A DNA stretch of 64,000 nt from Verrucomicrobiia bacterium (GCA_050013395.1 JBEKFI010000001.1:1004-65003); one strand, 5' to 3'; shown: positions 40,033-51,450, counted from the first letter of the stretch. Numbers and translations: made by a program. Notes: a model not told the origin generated them from the sequence alone.

Positions 40033-41286
40033 TCACTTGGTGGCGCACTCGGCAACACTGATGGCCAGCACATCTCCACCAACCTCTGGAAGTGCGCCGA
40101 GAGTCGAGCTAGGCAGATAGTTTTGCTTCACCAACAGCGCCGCATACTTCGACCCCATGTGGGTGCGGCTCGTCCACATTCCGCGGCCATTTATTCTTGT
40201 GTAGGGCGGGAAGGTCAGCGGCTGGATGTACCACGCATTCGTGTAGGCGTAAATGATCACGCGATACTTTGATCGCTCTTTGACAGGCAACCTGTAAATG
40301 TTGCCACTGATCTTGGTGGGAGAAAACGCGATCGCTCCGCAGCGTGCGGCCTGCTGAATTTCAATCAGCGGGGGCGGAGAATCGAAGAACGCCCGAACAC
40401 ACGGTTTCATAACCCTGTTCGTGGTCAGGAGGCCCCAGTGGGCTTCCACCTCAACGCCAGAGAACTCCTGTTTCCACTGCTCGTCGTAGGCCTCGAAAAG
40501 AAAGTACGGGACATTGCTGGCCGTAGCAAGGGCCACGAAATCATGGAGAAACCTGCACAGGTTTTCTTCGCTGGGCACAGCGTCCTCTTTGGTATCGCCG
40601 GCGGTAGGCCAGCCGGTTTCACCAATGACCACCGTCTTGTTGGTGTACGTATTTTTCACTTCCTGCCAGCGCCTGTAAACATGCTGCGCCGCATTTTTGA
40701 CCGAGACGCCATCGTGATAGGGGTGGATGTGAACGAGAAGAACATCGACAACGTCGGCGACCTCAGGATGTTCCAGCCACTCGTCCCATGTATCGGCACT
40801 GCCAACAGGCAACGTTGTGGCAGCTTTCACCTGCTTGATAAGGTTGGTGAGTTCCTCGACAGAAGGGTTCCCGCTATACAACACTTCATTGCCGACGATG
40901 AGCGCCGCCGGCTTGCTCCTGTGTGCCACACGGAGCAGCCGCTGAATCTCAACTTGATTCGCATTGGTGTCCGTGCCGACCCAGGCTCCTGCATAACATT
41001 GTAGTCCGCGCTTGCCGGCCAAGCCGGGTATGTCTACGAGCGTGCTAAAGACCGAGTAGGTGCGAACGCGCTGCGTCGGTGGCTTTAGCTGACCGAGATC
41101 TGCGCTGATTTCACTACTCGTTGGATAGACCCCGGTTGGATTTTGCCCGTTTCGGAAAGGGCCGTAGCACAAACCTTGAACACGAAGCACAAGGTTTGTC
41201 AGCTTCTGTTGACCGTCCGCTCGCGGCATCGTGACCAACAAAGTGGCAAGTGCAATCAAAAAGGTCGCGTTGTTCTTCATTGTCAT
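40033..41286 (-). CDS. Secreted glycoside hydrolase family 17 (endo-1,3-beta-glucanase-like) with extra C-terminal domain
   Basis: Signal peptide; VVIGETGWP GH17 catalytic signature; lower-GC DNA. Confidence 0.7.
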   Translation of the reverse strand: MTMKNNATFLIALATLLVTMPRADGQQKLTNLVLRVQGLCYGPFRNGQNPTGVYPTSSEISADLGQLKPPTQRVRTYSVFSTLVDIPGLAGKRGLQCYAGAWVGTDTNANQVEIQRLLRVAHRSKPAALIVGNEVLYSGNPSVEELTNLIKQVKAATTLPVGSADTWDEWLEHPEVADVVDVLLVHIHPYHDGVSVKNAAQHVYRRWQEVKNTYTNKTVVIGETGWPTAGDTKEDAVPSEENLCRFLHDFVALATASNVPYFLFEAYDEQWKQEFSGVEVEAHWGLLTTNRVMKPCVRAFFDSPPPLIEIQQAARCGAIAFSPTKISGNIYRLPVKERSKYRVIIYAYTNAWYIQPLTFPPYTRINGRGMWTSRTHMGSKYAALLVKQNYLPSSTLGALPEVGGDVLAISVAECATK

Positions 41287-41434
41287 TCCTCCATGCTCTT
41301 TGATAGGGAGCGTGAATTTGGGGCCATCTTGTCATCCAACGATTGCTCCGCTTGGGCAACGGCCTTGGCTACACTGCGCTCACGCTGCGCACGGCGCTCG
41401 AACCGTTCGACGGTGGCGCTGACGCTCTTGCCGT

Positions 41435-42192
41435 TCAAGCCTCCGTTTCTTGAATCAGCCGGTAGCGACGAATGTCGAGAACCGACACCTTGGCAAGATC
41501 CGTGGCAGGCTCGAACTCCACGCAAGCGAACAGATCAGGCGCTTGGCGAATGACAGCAATGGGGCGACAGATTAGCTTTGGGTACTTGGCTTTGGCAAAG
41601 AGAGTAAGCGCCACCGCTTTGTCAACGCCGAGCGCCTCGCGGGTATCCTTTGCTTCCATCGGCAACACATAAGCCTGACCGTTCTTGTCGACGCCGACAT
41701 ACAGGTCATCCACTTCGATTTGTCCATGGCCTCGAACTTGGGTACGGACGTGCGACTGGAGGTGAAAGCAGGCCAAGCCGGTGAATACGTCCAGAAGTCG
41801 ATTGTAGCGAACGATTGTGAGAAGCCCTTGTTCATCCTGCGCCAGATTTGCGGCCACAATCTCAGGCACTGCGTAGGGAATCGGATAGATTTTTATGTGA
41901 TCAGGGATTTCGACCGTCGGTGCGCCCTTTACCGCAACGAATGCGTACTTTCCTGGACCCCTCGATGCAATCACCCAATTGCCTTTGGCACGCAACGCTT
42001 CAGGAAGTGCGCTCCGAGATCGGTAGGTGTAAAGAATGTCTGCGATATTCTTGATTCGCAATCCGATCGCCGAGGCCGCGTCGATCAAATCATCCTTTGT
42101 GAACGGGACTTCTTTGCTACCCGCCCGCCAGCGTTTCCCGAATACCGATGTCAGGACTTTATCGTAGGCATTTGAAGGCTGCGATTTGCGCA
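41435..42192 (-). CDS. Candidate Type II restriction endonuclease (PD-(D/E)xK-like)
   Basis: IEVDDLYVGVD...PMEAKD fits the D...(D/E)xK pattern. The ATG overlaps the TGA of the upstream methyltransferase (ATGA). Confidence 0.5.
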
Positions 42193-42194
42193 TC

Positions 42195-43554
42195 AGCGTT
42201 TCTCCAAGATTAGAACCTCTTCGCGTACACGAGTGCCGCTCTTCGTCCCAAAGCGTGTCCTCCACGGGTCACAGGCCATCGTTTTGAATCCGTGCGCCTC
42301 CGCGATCTCGGCCAAGAGCGAGGCTGTGGGAACTGGTACGAGTAGAAACGAAAGTTGGTCGCCGACCACATATGCACAGCGCGACCTTGCCTTCAATTTC
42401 GCCCGAAGCGCCTCGAAGTGGCGAGCCATTCCACCGAAGTAGTGGGCAACGACGCGATGGTACAATCGCTCAAATCCAGAAGTCTTGCCCAACTCCTCCC
42501 GTCTCTTCTCGATGGCATGACAGATTCCCTGAATCCTCGTGTTGCCCTTCACCCATTCGCCATCTTGGTCATCGACAAAAACGTTGCGCGTGTTGCTGCG
42601 CAGCAGCGATTGTTTTACGCTCCGCAGTTGCTTTCGGTCGCGGATCAGGCCTAGCAGCACAGACTCAACGCGCGTCAGTCGAGTGTAATCCTTCTCGTTG
42701 GGGTAAGGAGGAGAGCAGATTACGGCGTCACAACTGTTAGCTTCCAGACCATCAAGAATCCGGGCGTCGCCGTCCAACACACTACACGGGCAAAAACGCC
42801 GGTGAGCGGCTTGGATCTGGCGCAAATCGCGTATCATCGTATCAACCTGCAAGGCGAAATGGCCCAGCACGTCATAATCGTCCTTGGCTTTAGTGCGATA
42901 TATCTCAGGCCCAAAAGCAAAGTTGCCAGCACCATTAACAACGACATGGCAAAGCGCCAGCCGAAAGAAATCCAAAATAGAGTGATCGTGTTCCGCAGTC
43001 TCGTCTTCGATCCCGGCTCGAAGAAATAACAATCGACGCAGGGGTTTCTGACTCAGGAACCCCTCCGGGATTAGCTTTATTTCGTCTTCGGTCAGAATCG
43101 GCTGGTTCGCCACCATTCTCCCGAGAAGGCTTGGAGCGTCGAAGCCTGCCCTCGCCATTTCCCGCCCCGCCCGCCTGTGAATCTTCTGCGCCAATTCGCC
43201 GAGCAAGTCCACTGGCAAATCCCAGCACGTTTTCACCTTTGAGGCCAACACCGCGATCGGGTGAGCGTCAATGCCAATCGCAGAGATGCCGTTCTTGCGG
43301 CACTCCACCAAGGTTGTGCCTGCTCCACAAAACGGATCGAGCATGACATCGTGTTTTCCAACGGAAAACGCTTCGAGGTATTTCCTTACTAGGTGCGGCG
43401 GGTACGAGAGCACAAGCCGATACCAGTCATGGATTGGCCGATCCTCCTTGAGAACAACGTTCGGATTCTCGGTGTCTCCGTTAACTAAGTACTGGGCAGA
43501 AATCTGCACTGCGGTCGCGGGCATTCTCGCTCCTTTGCGAATCGTTGGCAGCAT
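42195..43554 (-). CDS. DNA methyltransferase (FxGxG motif I, SPPY motif IV; N4-cytosine or N6-adenine)
   Basis: DPFCGAGTT and CSPPYPNEKDY motifs. Confidence 0.8.
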
Positions 43555-43916
43555 AGCAAAGCGAAGCGGTCAGAGCAAAAGGAAAAGCCCACACACATTT
43601 CTGCCTGCAGGCTTTTGGAAATTAACCCAGCAGTGACCTGCTCTCGCGCAAGCTGGACAGGCACTACCATCGGCACCGCACGCGCCGTGTGCGATCGTCA
43701 CCGTACTCCTTCTGGTGCCGTTGTGTAGCGGGAGGGACGCACCGCGAAATCGTTTCGCGGCTACAAGCCCGACGCCCGGCCATGGATTCGAGCGTGTTGC
43801 GGCGGATGGGATTGGGAATTGACAGGGCGGGCGGAATTTGCTGGAATGCCGCGCGTAGTTGTCACCCCGGCCCGAAGAATAATCGCAAAATACTAATAGC
43901 AGGAGAATATAAAACA

Positions 43917-45899
43917 ATGACGGAGCAGAAGACCCCAATCTCAACCGCCTCGTTGATGACGGAGAAGCGCACGTTCCCGCCTTCACCCGAAGTCGTGAAG
44001 CGCGCGCACATCAACGCTGCCCAGTACCAGAAGATGTACGAGCGTTCGATCAAAGATCCCGACGGATTCTGGCTCGAACAGGCGCAGACCTTGGACTGGT
44101 TCAAGAAGCCGACGGTCAGCCGCAAGTACATTTGGAACGTCGACGCGCGCAAGGTCGAGCACACCTGGTTTGAAGACGGCACGTTGAATGTCACCGTCAA
44201 CTGCCTTGATCGTCACCTCAAAACGAAGAACCGCAAGAAGGTGGCCATCCTGTGGCAGGGCGAGCCGGAGCAGGACGTGCGCAAGATCACCTACGAGCAA
44301 CTGCACGCCGAAGTCTGCAAGTTCGCCAACGTGCTGAAGGCGCACGGCGTCAAGAAGGGTGATCGCGTGGCGATTTATCTGCCCATGATTCCGGAGTTGC
44401 CGGTGGCGATGCTGGCCTGTGCGCGGATCGGGGCGATTCACTCGGTCGTGTTCGGCGGGTTCAGCGCGGAATCGCTGGCGGGCCGGATCAACGATTCGGA
44501 ATGCAAACTGCTGGTTACCTCGAACGTGTCGCTGCGCGCCGGCAAACATATCAAGCTGAAGGACATCGCCGACCAAGCGGCGGCGAAATCGCCCTCGATT
44601 CAGAAGATCATCGTCGTCCAACGCAACCCGGAGCCGTGCAACATGGTGGCGGGGCGCGACGTGTGGTATCACGATGAAATGGCCAAGGCGAAGACCGAGT
44701 GCCCACCCGAAGTGATGAAGGCCGAAGACATGCTGTTCATTCTCTACACGTCCGGCTCGACCGGCAAACCCAAGGGCGTGGTGCACACGACCGCGGGTTA
44801 CCTGCTGCACTGCGCGGTCAGCCACAAGTACATTTTCGATATCCACGACGATGACACGTTCTGGTGCACCGCCGACATCGGCTGGGTGACGGGCCACAGC
44901 TACATCGTTTATGGCCCGCTGTGCAACGGCGCGACCAGCGTGATGTTTGAAGGCGTGCCGACCTGGCCCGATGCGGGCCGGTTCTGGCAGATCGTGGAGA
45001 AGTTCAAGTGCACGGTATTCTACACGGCGCCGACGGCGATCCGCGCGTTGATCCGCCAGGGCGATGAATGGCCAAAGAAGCACGACCTTAGTTCGTTGCG
45101 CGTGCTCGGTTCGGTCGGCGAACCGATCAATCCCGAAGCGTGGATCTGGTACTACAAGATGATCGGCAAGGAGCGGTGCCCGATTGTCGATACCTGGTGG
45201 CAGACCGAAAACGGCGGCATCCTCATCACACCGCTGCCCGGCGCTCACGTGACCAAGCCGGGCAGCGCCTCGCAGCCGTTCTTCGGCGTGGAGCCGGTGA
45301 TTTTGCGCGACGACGGCACTGAATGCAGTCCGAACGAGGGCGGCAAACTCTGCATCAAGAAGCCGTGGCCCGGCATGTTCCGCACGATGTGGGGCGATCA
45401 CGACCGGTTCATTGACACGTACTTCACGCTGTACAAGAATCTGTACTTCACCGGCGACGGCTGCCGTCTCGACGAAGATGGCGATTACTGGCTGATGGGC
45501 CGCGTTGATGACGTCGTCAACGTCTCCGGCCATCGCATCGGCACGGCGGAAGTCGAAAGCGCGCTGGTCAGCCACCCGAAGGTCGCCGAGGCCGCCGTGG
45601 CGCCGACGCCTCACGACATCAAAGGGCAGGGGTTGTATGCGTTCGTCACGCTGAAAGACGGTGTCAAGGAGAGCGATGATCTCCGGAAGGAACTGGCGAA
45701 CCACGTTCGCAAGGAGATCGGTCCCATCGCCGTGCCCGACAAGATCCAGTTTGCGCCGGCCTTGCCGAAGACGCGATCGGGCAAGATCATGCGCCGCATT
45801 CTGCGCAAGATCGCCGAGAACCAGGTGGACCAGATTGGCGATACCACGACGCTGGCCGACCCGCACGTCGTCGAATTGCTCGTCAAGAACCGCCTGTAA
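43917..45899 (+). CDS. acs: Acetyl-CoA synthetase (AMP-forming)
   Basis: [12 protein letters not shown]-loop; start set at MTEQKTP within the longer ORF. Confidence 0.9.
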   Translation: MTEQKTPISTASLMTEKRTFPPSPEVVKRAHINAAQYQKMYERSIKDPDGFWLEQAQTLDWFKKPTVSRKYIWNVDARKVEHTWFEDGTLNVTVNCLDRHLKTKNRKKVAILWQGEPEQDVRKITYEQLHAEVCKFANVLKAHGVKKGDRVAIYLPMIPELPVAMLACARIGAIHSVVFGGFSAESLAGRINDSECKLLVTSNVSLRAGKHIKLKDIADQAAAKSPSIQKIIVVQRNPEPCNMVAGRDVWYHDEMAKAKTECPPEVMKAEDMLFILYTSGSTGKPKGVVHTTAGYLLHCAVSHKYIFDIHDDDTFWCTADIGWVTGHSYIVYGPLCNGATSVMFEGVPTWPDAGRFWQIVEKFKCTVFYTAPTAIRALIRQGDEWPKKHDLSSLRVLGSVGEPINPEAWIWYYKMIGKERCPIVDTWWQTENGGILITPLPGAHVTKPGSASQPFFGVEPVILRDDGTECSPNEGGKLCIKKPWPGMFRTMWGDHDRFIDTYFTLYKNLYFTGDGCRLDEDGDYWLMGRVDDVVNVSGHRIGTAEVESALVSHPKVAEAAVAPTPHDIKGQGLYAFVTLKDGVKESDDLRKELANHVRKEIGPIAVPDKIQFAPALPKTRSGKIMRRILRKIAENQVDQIGDTTTLADPHVVELLVKNRL

Positions 45900-45926
45900 G
45901 CCGGTCGTCAACAACGAACAACCTGA

Positions 45927-45970
45927 ATGAGCCGGACCGATCCACAAGATGCGCGTCCGGCTCATTCACT
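45927..45970 (+). terminator. Perfect 14-bp stem hairpin after acs
   Basis: tgaatgagccggac ... gtccggctcattca. Confidence 0.35.
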
Positions 45971-45985
45971 TCTGGAGGCATATCG

Positions 45986-47257
45986 ATGTCTGAGCAGAAT
46001 GTGATCGCAGTGGACAAGACCAGCAGTATCCAGCCGGCGGTGAAGAACCTTGGCTGGACCGTGACCTTTGCCGGCATGGGCATCAACCTTGCCCTCGGGG
46101 TTCTTTACACCTGGAGCATGTTCAAGGGGGCAATCGAGAAAGAGTACGGCTGGAAAGGTTCCCAGCTTAACGACCCATATGCCCTCTGTTGCCTGGCCTT
46201 CGCCTTTGCAATGATCCTGGCGGGACGATGCCAGGACAAGCTCGGGCCGCGTCTCACCGCGTCCATCGGCGGCCTGCTCGTGGGCGCGGGGATGGTGCTC
46301 ATTTCGCGCACGACGAGCTACGGCGTCTGGCTGCTGGGCTTCGGAGTGTTGGTGGGTATGGGCATTGGTTTCGGCTACTCGTCCGCCACGCCGCCCGCGT
46401 TGAAGTGGTTTCCGCCGTCGAAGACCGGCCTGATCGCCGGGCTTGTGGTGGCGGGTTTCGGTCTGGCGCCGGTGTACCTTGCGCCGACCTCGCAGTATTT
46501 GCTGAATCATTACCAACTCGGAGGCTCAATGTTGATCTTCGGCATCGCGTTCGTGGTGATTGTATGCGGCCTGGCGCAGTTGCTGGTGAATCCGCCGCCG
46601 GGCCACGGCGCGGGACCGAAGCCGTCGCCCGGAGCGGCCGCAAAACCGGCCGCCGTCAATTCGACGCCGGGCGAAATGCTGCGGATGCCGACATTCTGGC
46701 TGCTCTGGATCATCTACTTCATCGGCGCGGGCGCAGGGCTGATGGTGATCAGCAGCGTCAGCGGCATGGCCAAGAAGAGCATGAAGGACATGGCGTTCGT
46801 GGCCGTGGCCGTGATGGCCATCGGCAACGCTGCCGGGCGTGTCGCGGCGGGCATATTGTCCGACAAGATCGGCCGCCGCTGGACGTTGATGATCGTGCTG
46901 TTGTTCCAGGCCGTGCTGATGTTCATCGCCATTCCGGTGACCGCCTCGATGGACACGGTGCCGGTGGTCATCGTGCTCGTGGCGACGTTGATCGGCTTCA
47001 ACTACGGCGCGAACCTATCGCTGTTCCCATCGTACGCGAAGGATCTGTGGGGCTTGAAGAGTTTCGGGATGAACTACGGCATCCTGTTCACCGCGTGGGG
47101 CGTGGGTGGCCTCGTCCTGAGCCGGCTGCAACAGACGCTCACGGCGGCGAGCAAGGGCAGCTATCATTCATCGTTCGTGGCTGCGGGCGTGTTGCTCATC
47201 ATCGGCGCCGCGTTGACGTTCCTCATCAAGCCGCCGCACCGCGCGGCAGTGGTATAG
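45986..47257 (+). CDS. MFS transporter, OFA (oxalate/formate antiporter) family; candidate organic-acid or acetate carrier
   Basis: 12-TM MFS architecture with an OFA-like N-terminus; lies directly downstream of acs. Confidence 0.7.
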   Translation: MSEQNVIAVDKTSSIQPAVKNLGWTVTFAGMGINLALGVLYTWSMFKGAIEKEYGWKGSQLNDPYALCCLAFAFAMILAGRCQDKLGPRLTASIGGLLVGAGMVLISRTTSYGVWLLGFGVLVGMGIGFGYSSATPPALKWFPPSKTGLIAGLVVAGFGLAPVYLAPTSQYLLNHYQLGGSMLIFGIAFVVIVCGLAQLLVNPPPGHGAGPKPSPGAAAKPAAVNSTPGEMLRMPTFWLLWIIYFIGAGAGLMVISSVSGMAKKSMKDMAFVAVAVMAIGNAAGRVAAGILSDKIGRRWTLMIVLLFQAVLMFIAIPVTASMDTVPVVIVLVATLIGFNYGANLSLFPSYAKDLWGLKSFGMNYGILFTAWGVGGLVLSRLQQTLTAASKGSYHSSFVAAGVLLIIGAALTFLIKPPHRAAVV

Positions 47258-47387
47258 CTCGAAGGTTGTAGCGGCGGTTTGTCGCCCTGACCCCTCGACC
47301 TCTCCCAGAGCCGAGTATGACCCGCCGACGCACATGATTCCGACGCTCACAGAGCGCCGCTACAGCAAGCTACGTCGTGTAAACGCG

Positions 47388-47421
47388 ACGCGGGCTGGTC
47401 GTTCACGACCAGCCCGCGTCT
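47388..47421. terminator. Bidirectional hairpin between the convergent MFS and porin genes
   Basis: acgcgggctggtcg ttcac cgaccagcccgcgt. Confidence 0.4.
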
Positions 47422-47443
47422 GCATTTCGGCCCGAAACCCGTC

Positions 47444-48802
47444 TCAGAACTTGTAGATCAAGCTCAGTTGCTCGCGCACGGAGTCGCCGTCGTCTTCGCC
47501 CTTGCATTCGGTGCGCAGCGTCGAGACTTCGAGTCCGAGGGTGAAGTTCGCCGTGAACGCATACTGTGCGTTGCCGAAGATCACACTATTGAAGGTGCGC
47601 GCCGTACCCAACGACACGTCGGCCTTGGGCACTTTGTCAAATCCACCGCCCACGTTGAACTGCCATTTCGGCGTCGGTTTCAACGTCAGCGCCGCCCAGC
47701 CGCCATCGCTGCGGATCCCTTTCTTGAGAGTTGTATCGTAGCCCTGCCCAATCCCGCCGAGATACGCATCCAGGTCCCGACCAGAGAACGCCTCGCCGGT
47801 CAGGGACAACCACGACGTGATCGGGACGGTCAGGTCGAGGTTGATCGACCACGAATCGACAGTCTGAGGATTAGCGAAGGTGTTCGTATAGTTGATCTCC
47901 TCTTCGGCCCAGTGGCCCGAAACTCCGATCGTCGTCGGCTTGTTGTTGAAGCCGGGCAACGTCAGGCTGGCCCGTCCTTGCAGGCCCGGGATGGACGAAT
48001 CCTGACCGGTATCGCTGTACGCGAAACCGATGACTCGACCGATGTCGCGGGTGGCGGCGGCCTCCAGTTTGAACTCCACATCCTTGGCCAATTCGAAGCC
48101 CTTGGTCAGGCGCAGTTGCGGCCGGCGGTAGCCGATGTTGCCCTGCCACCAACCGACGGTGTAATTGAGGGTCGGCATCCAAAGCGGTGAGATCACGTCG
48201 AACGTCTGACCGGCCAGAATGCTGAACCGCTCCTCCGGCCAATCGAGATTCATGTAGGCGTGACGCATCATCGGGAGGTTTTTGTTCTCGTCGCCACCGC
48301 CATAGAGATCCACCTCGATGAGGCCGCCGCTGTGCATTCCGCCGACCGTGGGGCCGGTGGCTTTCAGATCAAGACGCGTCTGCCGCGCGGTCAGGCTGAA
48401 CTCCCCGTGATCCTTGATCAATTGCTCGGACTCGACCCAGCGCGCGTAGTTACCCACGGAGGTGCGATCCGAGTCGTGGGCGAGGTCGAGTTTCACGTAA
48501 CCGTACAGTTCGATGTCGAAGGCGGACAGAACCGGTTTCTTCTTCGAGTCGGCCAGCTTCTTCAACTGCGCCACTTCGGCCTCGGTGAACCCGACCGGCA
48601 CCGCCACCTTCGGCTCGGCGGGTTTGCCGAGCATCCTCTTGATCTCAGACAACTCGCTTTCGAGAGTGTCAACGCGGTTGCGCAACTTCGCGTTCTCTTC
48701 CTCCAGCGCCTTCAGGCCCTTGTTGTCTTGGGCTGGCGCGCCGCAGACCATGCTGAGGGACAAGACAACGGCGCAAACTACTTGATTGATCCTGAGTGTC
48801 AT
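47444..48802 (-). CDS. Outer-membrane beta-barrel porin with N-terminal coiled coil
   Basis: Signal peptide, a heptad coiled coil, alternating beta-strand pattern, C-terminal ...YKF. Confidence 0.6.
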   Translation of the reverse strand: MTLRINQVVCAVVLSLSMVCGAPAQDNKGLKALEEENAKLRNRVDTLESELSEIKRMLGKPAEPKVAVPVGFTEAEVAQLKKLADSKKKPVLSAFDIELYGYVKLDLAHDSDRTSVGNYARWVESEQLIKDHGEFSLTARQTRLDLKATGPTVGGMHSGGLIEVDLYGGGDENKNLPMMRHAYMNLDWPEERFSILAGQTFDVISPLWMPTLNYTVGWWQGNIGYRRPQLRLTKGFELAKDVEFKLEAAATRDIGRVIGFAYSDTGQDSSIPGLQGRASLTLPGFNNKPTTIGVSGHWAEEEINYTNTFANPQTVDSWSINLDLTVPITSWLSLTGEAFSGRDLDAYLGGIGQGYDTTLKKGIRSDGGWAALTLKPTPKWQFNVGGGFDKVPKADVSLGTARTFNSVIFGNAQYAFTANFTLGLEVSTLRTECKGEDDGDSVREQLSLIYKF

Positions 48803-49337
48803 CTGTTCTTCTCCTCTTTCTGCGTTGGTGGCTGACCTCGGGCAGAGCGATTAACCTCGACCCGAAGGCTCACCGGTCACAGCCGGTTGTTACGGGCGGG
48901 TATTAGCAGCGGCAGTACCGCTTGTCCAGCAAATGTCGCAATTGCGTCTCTGGACACCACCGCCGACACCGAGCCGGCAGCGCAGGAAAGGTTACAGTCA
49001 AACCAGATCGCCTCGAGAATTGTAGGGTACGACCGTTTCCATCCCGCTGTGTTTGAAGAAAGGTTCCGCTCGAAAATCGCGGAGGTGCTCGATGGCTATC
49101 AAGAGGTTGTCGTCGACATTTCCGTGATGTCGATCCGCTTGATTCTTGACACTTTTCCCGGTCGATCAATTCGCGCTCTGCGTTCCCTCCAAACGGCGCG
49201 GCGGGCAAGCATTCGCGGCAAACCTTCTGCGGTGCTTTGCGCCTTTGCCGCCAAACATCGGGCGGCGTCTCGTCCGACTCGGCTTTGCGGCAATTCGATC
49301 CGAGAACATCCGCCACGTGAAGCGCGGCAAGCCGCTG

Positions 49338-49376
49338 GGTGCGCCGAAGCGGACGGCCCGGCGGTCCGTCCCTACC
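49338..49376. repeat. Partial copy (right arm) of the GGTAGGG palindromic element
   Basis: gcgccgaagcggacggcccggcggtccgtccctacc. Confidence 0.6.
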
Positions 49377-49690
49377 GGTGCTGGTGCGGAGTGAGGCGTT
49401 TGCGTTCGTCGCCGAAGGCGCGGTCGAGCGGTTCGACGTTCCGGCTTGTTCTCAAATGCGCGCTGGATGTCGTCCGAAATTGACGTTGCAGAGCAGCGGG
49501 ATTTACTGTAAGTTTTGCCTCCTTCGGCTGGACTGCCTGCAGTACACAGCGAGCAACGACCAACAAGATGATGGAAGGTGTGTATCGTAAAGGCGGAAGG
49601 GTGAAGGATGAAGGCGGAATCCGCCTTCGCTCGATGAGCTATGGCGGACAGGGGCGAAGGGCGGTTGCAGGCCGCCGCAACTAGACGCAT

Positions 49691-50152
49691 ATGAAGATTT
49701 TGGTTATCGGATATGGCAACCAGAGCCGTCGCGACGACGGAGCCGGTTGGCTTGTCATCGAGCGGCTGGCGGCGCTCGGTCTGCCAGATGTTGAACTCCA
49801 GACTGCACACCAGCTCGAGGTAGATGTTGCCGAGACGATTAGTCGGTTCGATGTGGTGATATTCGTGGATGCCGCCGTGACGGATAGCCCGCACGCGGTC
49901 ACCCGGACGTTGGTGCATCCCAATCCGGAGTCCCGCGTTGTGTCGCACTGCCTCGCGCCATCGGATGTGCTGGCGTTGTGTCGCACGCTGTATGGGAAGG
50001 AACCGCAGGGGATGCTGTTCAGCATCCGCGGCCACGATTTCAATTTCGGCATGACGCTGTCGCCCGCGGTCGAAGATGCGGCGAACGCCGTGGTGCAAGA
50101 GATTCGGCAGTTGGTGCCGTTGTTGCAGAGGAGTCAGGCCGTTTATGCATGA
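49691..50152 (+). CDS. [NiFe]-hydrogenase maturation endopeptidase (HyaD/HybD/HycI family)
   Basis: MKILVIGYGNQSRRDDGAG...FVDA motifs. Confidence 0.8.
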   Translation: MKILVIGYGNQSRRDDGAGWLVIERLAALGLPDVELQTAHQLEVDVAETISRFDVVIFVDAAVTDSPHAVTRTLVHPNPESRVVSHCLAPSDVLALCRTLYGKEPQGMLFSIRGHDFNFGMTLSPAVEDAANAVVQEIRQLVPLLQRSQAVYA

Positions 50153-50540
50153 GATGTCCATCGTCGAGGCGCTGCTGGAAGCCGTGCAGCGCGAGTTGCG
50201 CGTCCATTCCGACGCGCGTGTGTTGGCGGTGCATGTTCGCGTCGGTCGGTTGCGTCAAGTCATCCCCGAGACGCTACAGTTTTGCTACCAAGCCGCCACG
50301 CGCGACACACCGCTGGCCGGCTCGCAATTGGAAATCGCGGAAGTACCGGCCACGGCGCGTTGCCGGGAGTGCCGGGCGGAGTTTGCGGTGGAAGAAAATT
50401 GGTTCGAGTGCCCGCGCTGCCAGTCTGTCGGCGGACAGTTGTTGGCGGGCGACGAACTGCAATTGACTGACATTGAGATCGAAAATGTTCCGCCATCTGG
50501 AACGGCGACCCCCAATTCACATGTCCACTGCAACTCATAA
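50145..50540 (+). CDS. hypA: Hydrogenase nickel-insertion protein HypA (copy 1)
   Basis: MHEMSIVEALLE N-terminus; CxxC...CxxC zinc site. Confidence 0.85.
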   Translation: MHEMSIVEALLEAVQRELRVHSDARVLAVHVRVGRLRQVIPETLQFCYQAATRDTPLAGSQLEIAEVPATARCRECRAEFAVEENWFECPRCQSVGGQLLAGDELQLTDIEIENVPPSGTATPNSHVHCNS

Positions 50541-51450
50541 CTCAGAGAGATTTCAAATCATCGAGGCGCGGCTTCTGGCGACTGACGTCAAATTGTTTCG
50601 GGTCGTCGCGCCGCGGATCGCGCGAAAACGCAAAGCTGGCCAGTTCGTCATTGTTCGGGTCCATGCCCAAGGCGAACGTGTGCCGTTGACCATCGCCGAC
50701 TCCGATCCGAAAGACGGCACAATCACGATCATCGTGCAGGGCGTCGGCAAAACGACCCGGCAACTCAACGGCTTGGAGGCCGGCGATCATTTGCCCGACG
50801 TGGTTGGGCCGCTGGGCAAGCCTTCCGAGATCGAGCGCTACGGCACGGTAACGGTCATCGGAGGCGGCGTGGGCACGGCCATCGCCTACCCGACCGCCAA
50901 GGCGCTGAAGTCGGCGGGCAACCACGTCATTTCCATCATCGGCGCACGCAACCGGGAACTGTTGATCCTCGAACCGGAAATGCGCGCCATCAGTGATGAA
51001 CTCTACGTCACCACCGATGACGGCTCCTACGCCGAGAAAGGCTTCGTCACCGATAAGCTGAAGGCGCTGATGGCCGCGGGCCGAAAGATCGACTACGTGT
51101 TGGCCATCGGTCCGATCCCCATGATGCGCGCCGTGGCCGAAGCGACCCGTCCGCACGGGATCAAGACCATCGTCAGTCTAAACCCGATCATGGTGGATGG
51201 CACCGGCATGTGCGGCGGCTGCCGCGTGCTGGTGGGCGGTCGCAGCCAGTTCGCCTGCGTGGACGGCCCCGAATTTGACGCCCACCGCGTTGATTTCGAC
51301 ATACTGATGAAACGCAACGCCATGTACCGCGACGCCGAGCGCGTGGCGCTGGAAAAATTCCTGCAGGACTCCCGGCGCGACGAGAAACCGGCGAACCACG
51401 AGTGCCGATTGGAGCAAAAGCATCCTGAACTGAGCCGGAGACCGGCCTGA
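50521..51450 (+). CDS. nfnA: NfnA/SudB-like FAD/[2Fe-2S] electron-transfer subunit (PyrK family)
   Basis: FNR-like fold; C-terminal CGGCRV cluster motif. Confidence 0.7.
   Translation: MSTATHNSERFQIIEARLLATDVKLFRVVAPRIARKRKAGQFVIVRVHAQGERVPLTIADSDPKDGTITIIVQGVGKTTRQLNGLEAGDHLPDVVGPLGKPSEIERYGTVTVIGGGVGTAIAYPTAKALKSAGNHVISIIGARNRELLILEPEMRAISDELYVTTDDGSYAEKGFVTDKLKALMAAGRKIDYVLAIGPIPMMRAVAEATRPHGIKTIVSLNPIMVDGTGMCGGCRVLVGGRSQFACVDGPEFDAHRVDFDILMKRNAMYRDAERVALEKFLQDSRRDEKPANHECRLEQKHPELSRRPA

Noticed and set aside
43983-45965. 660-aa minus-strand ORF
   Set aside because: Antisense to acs.
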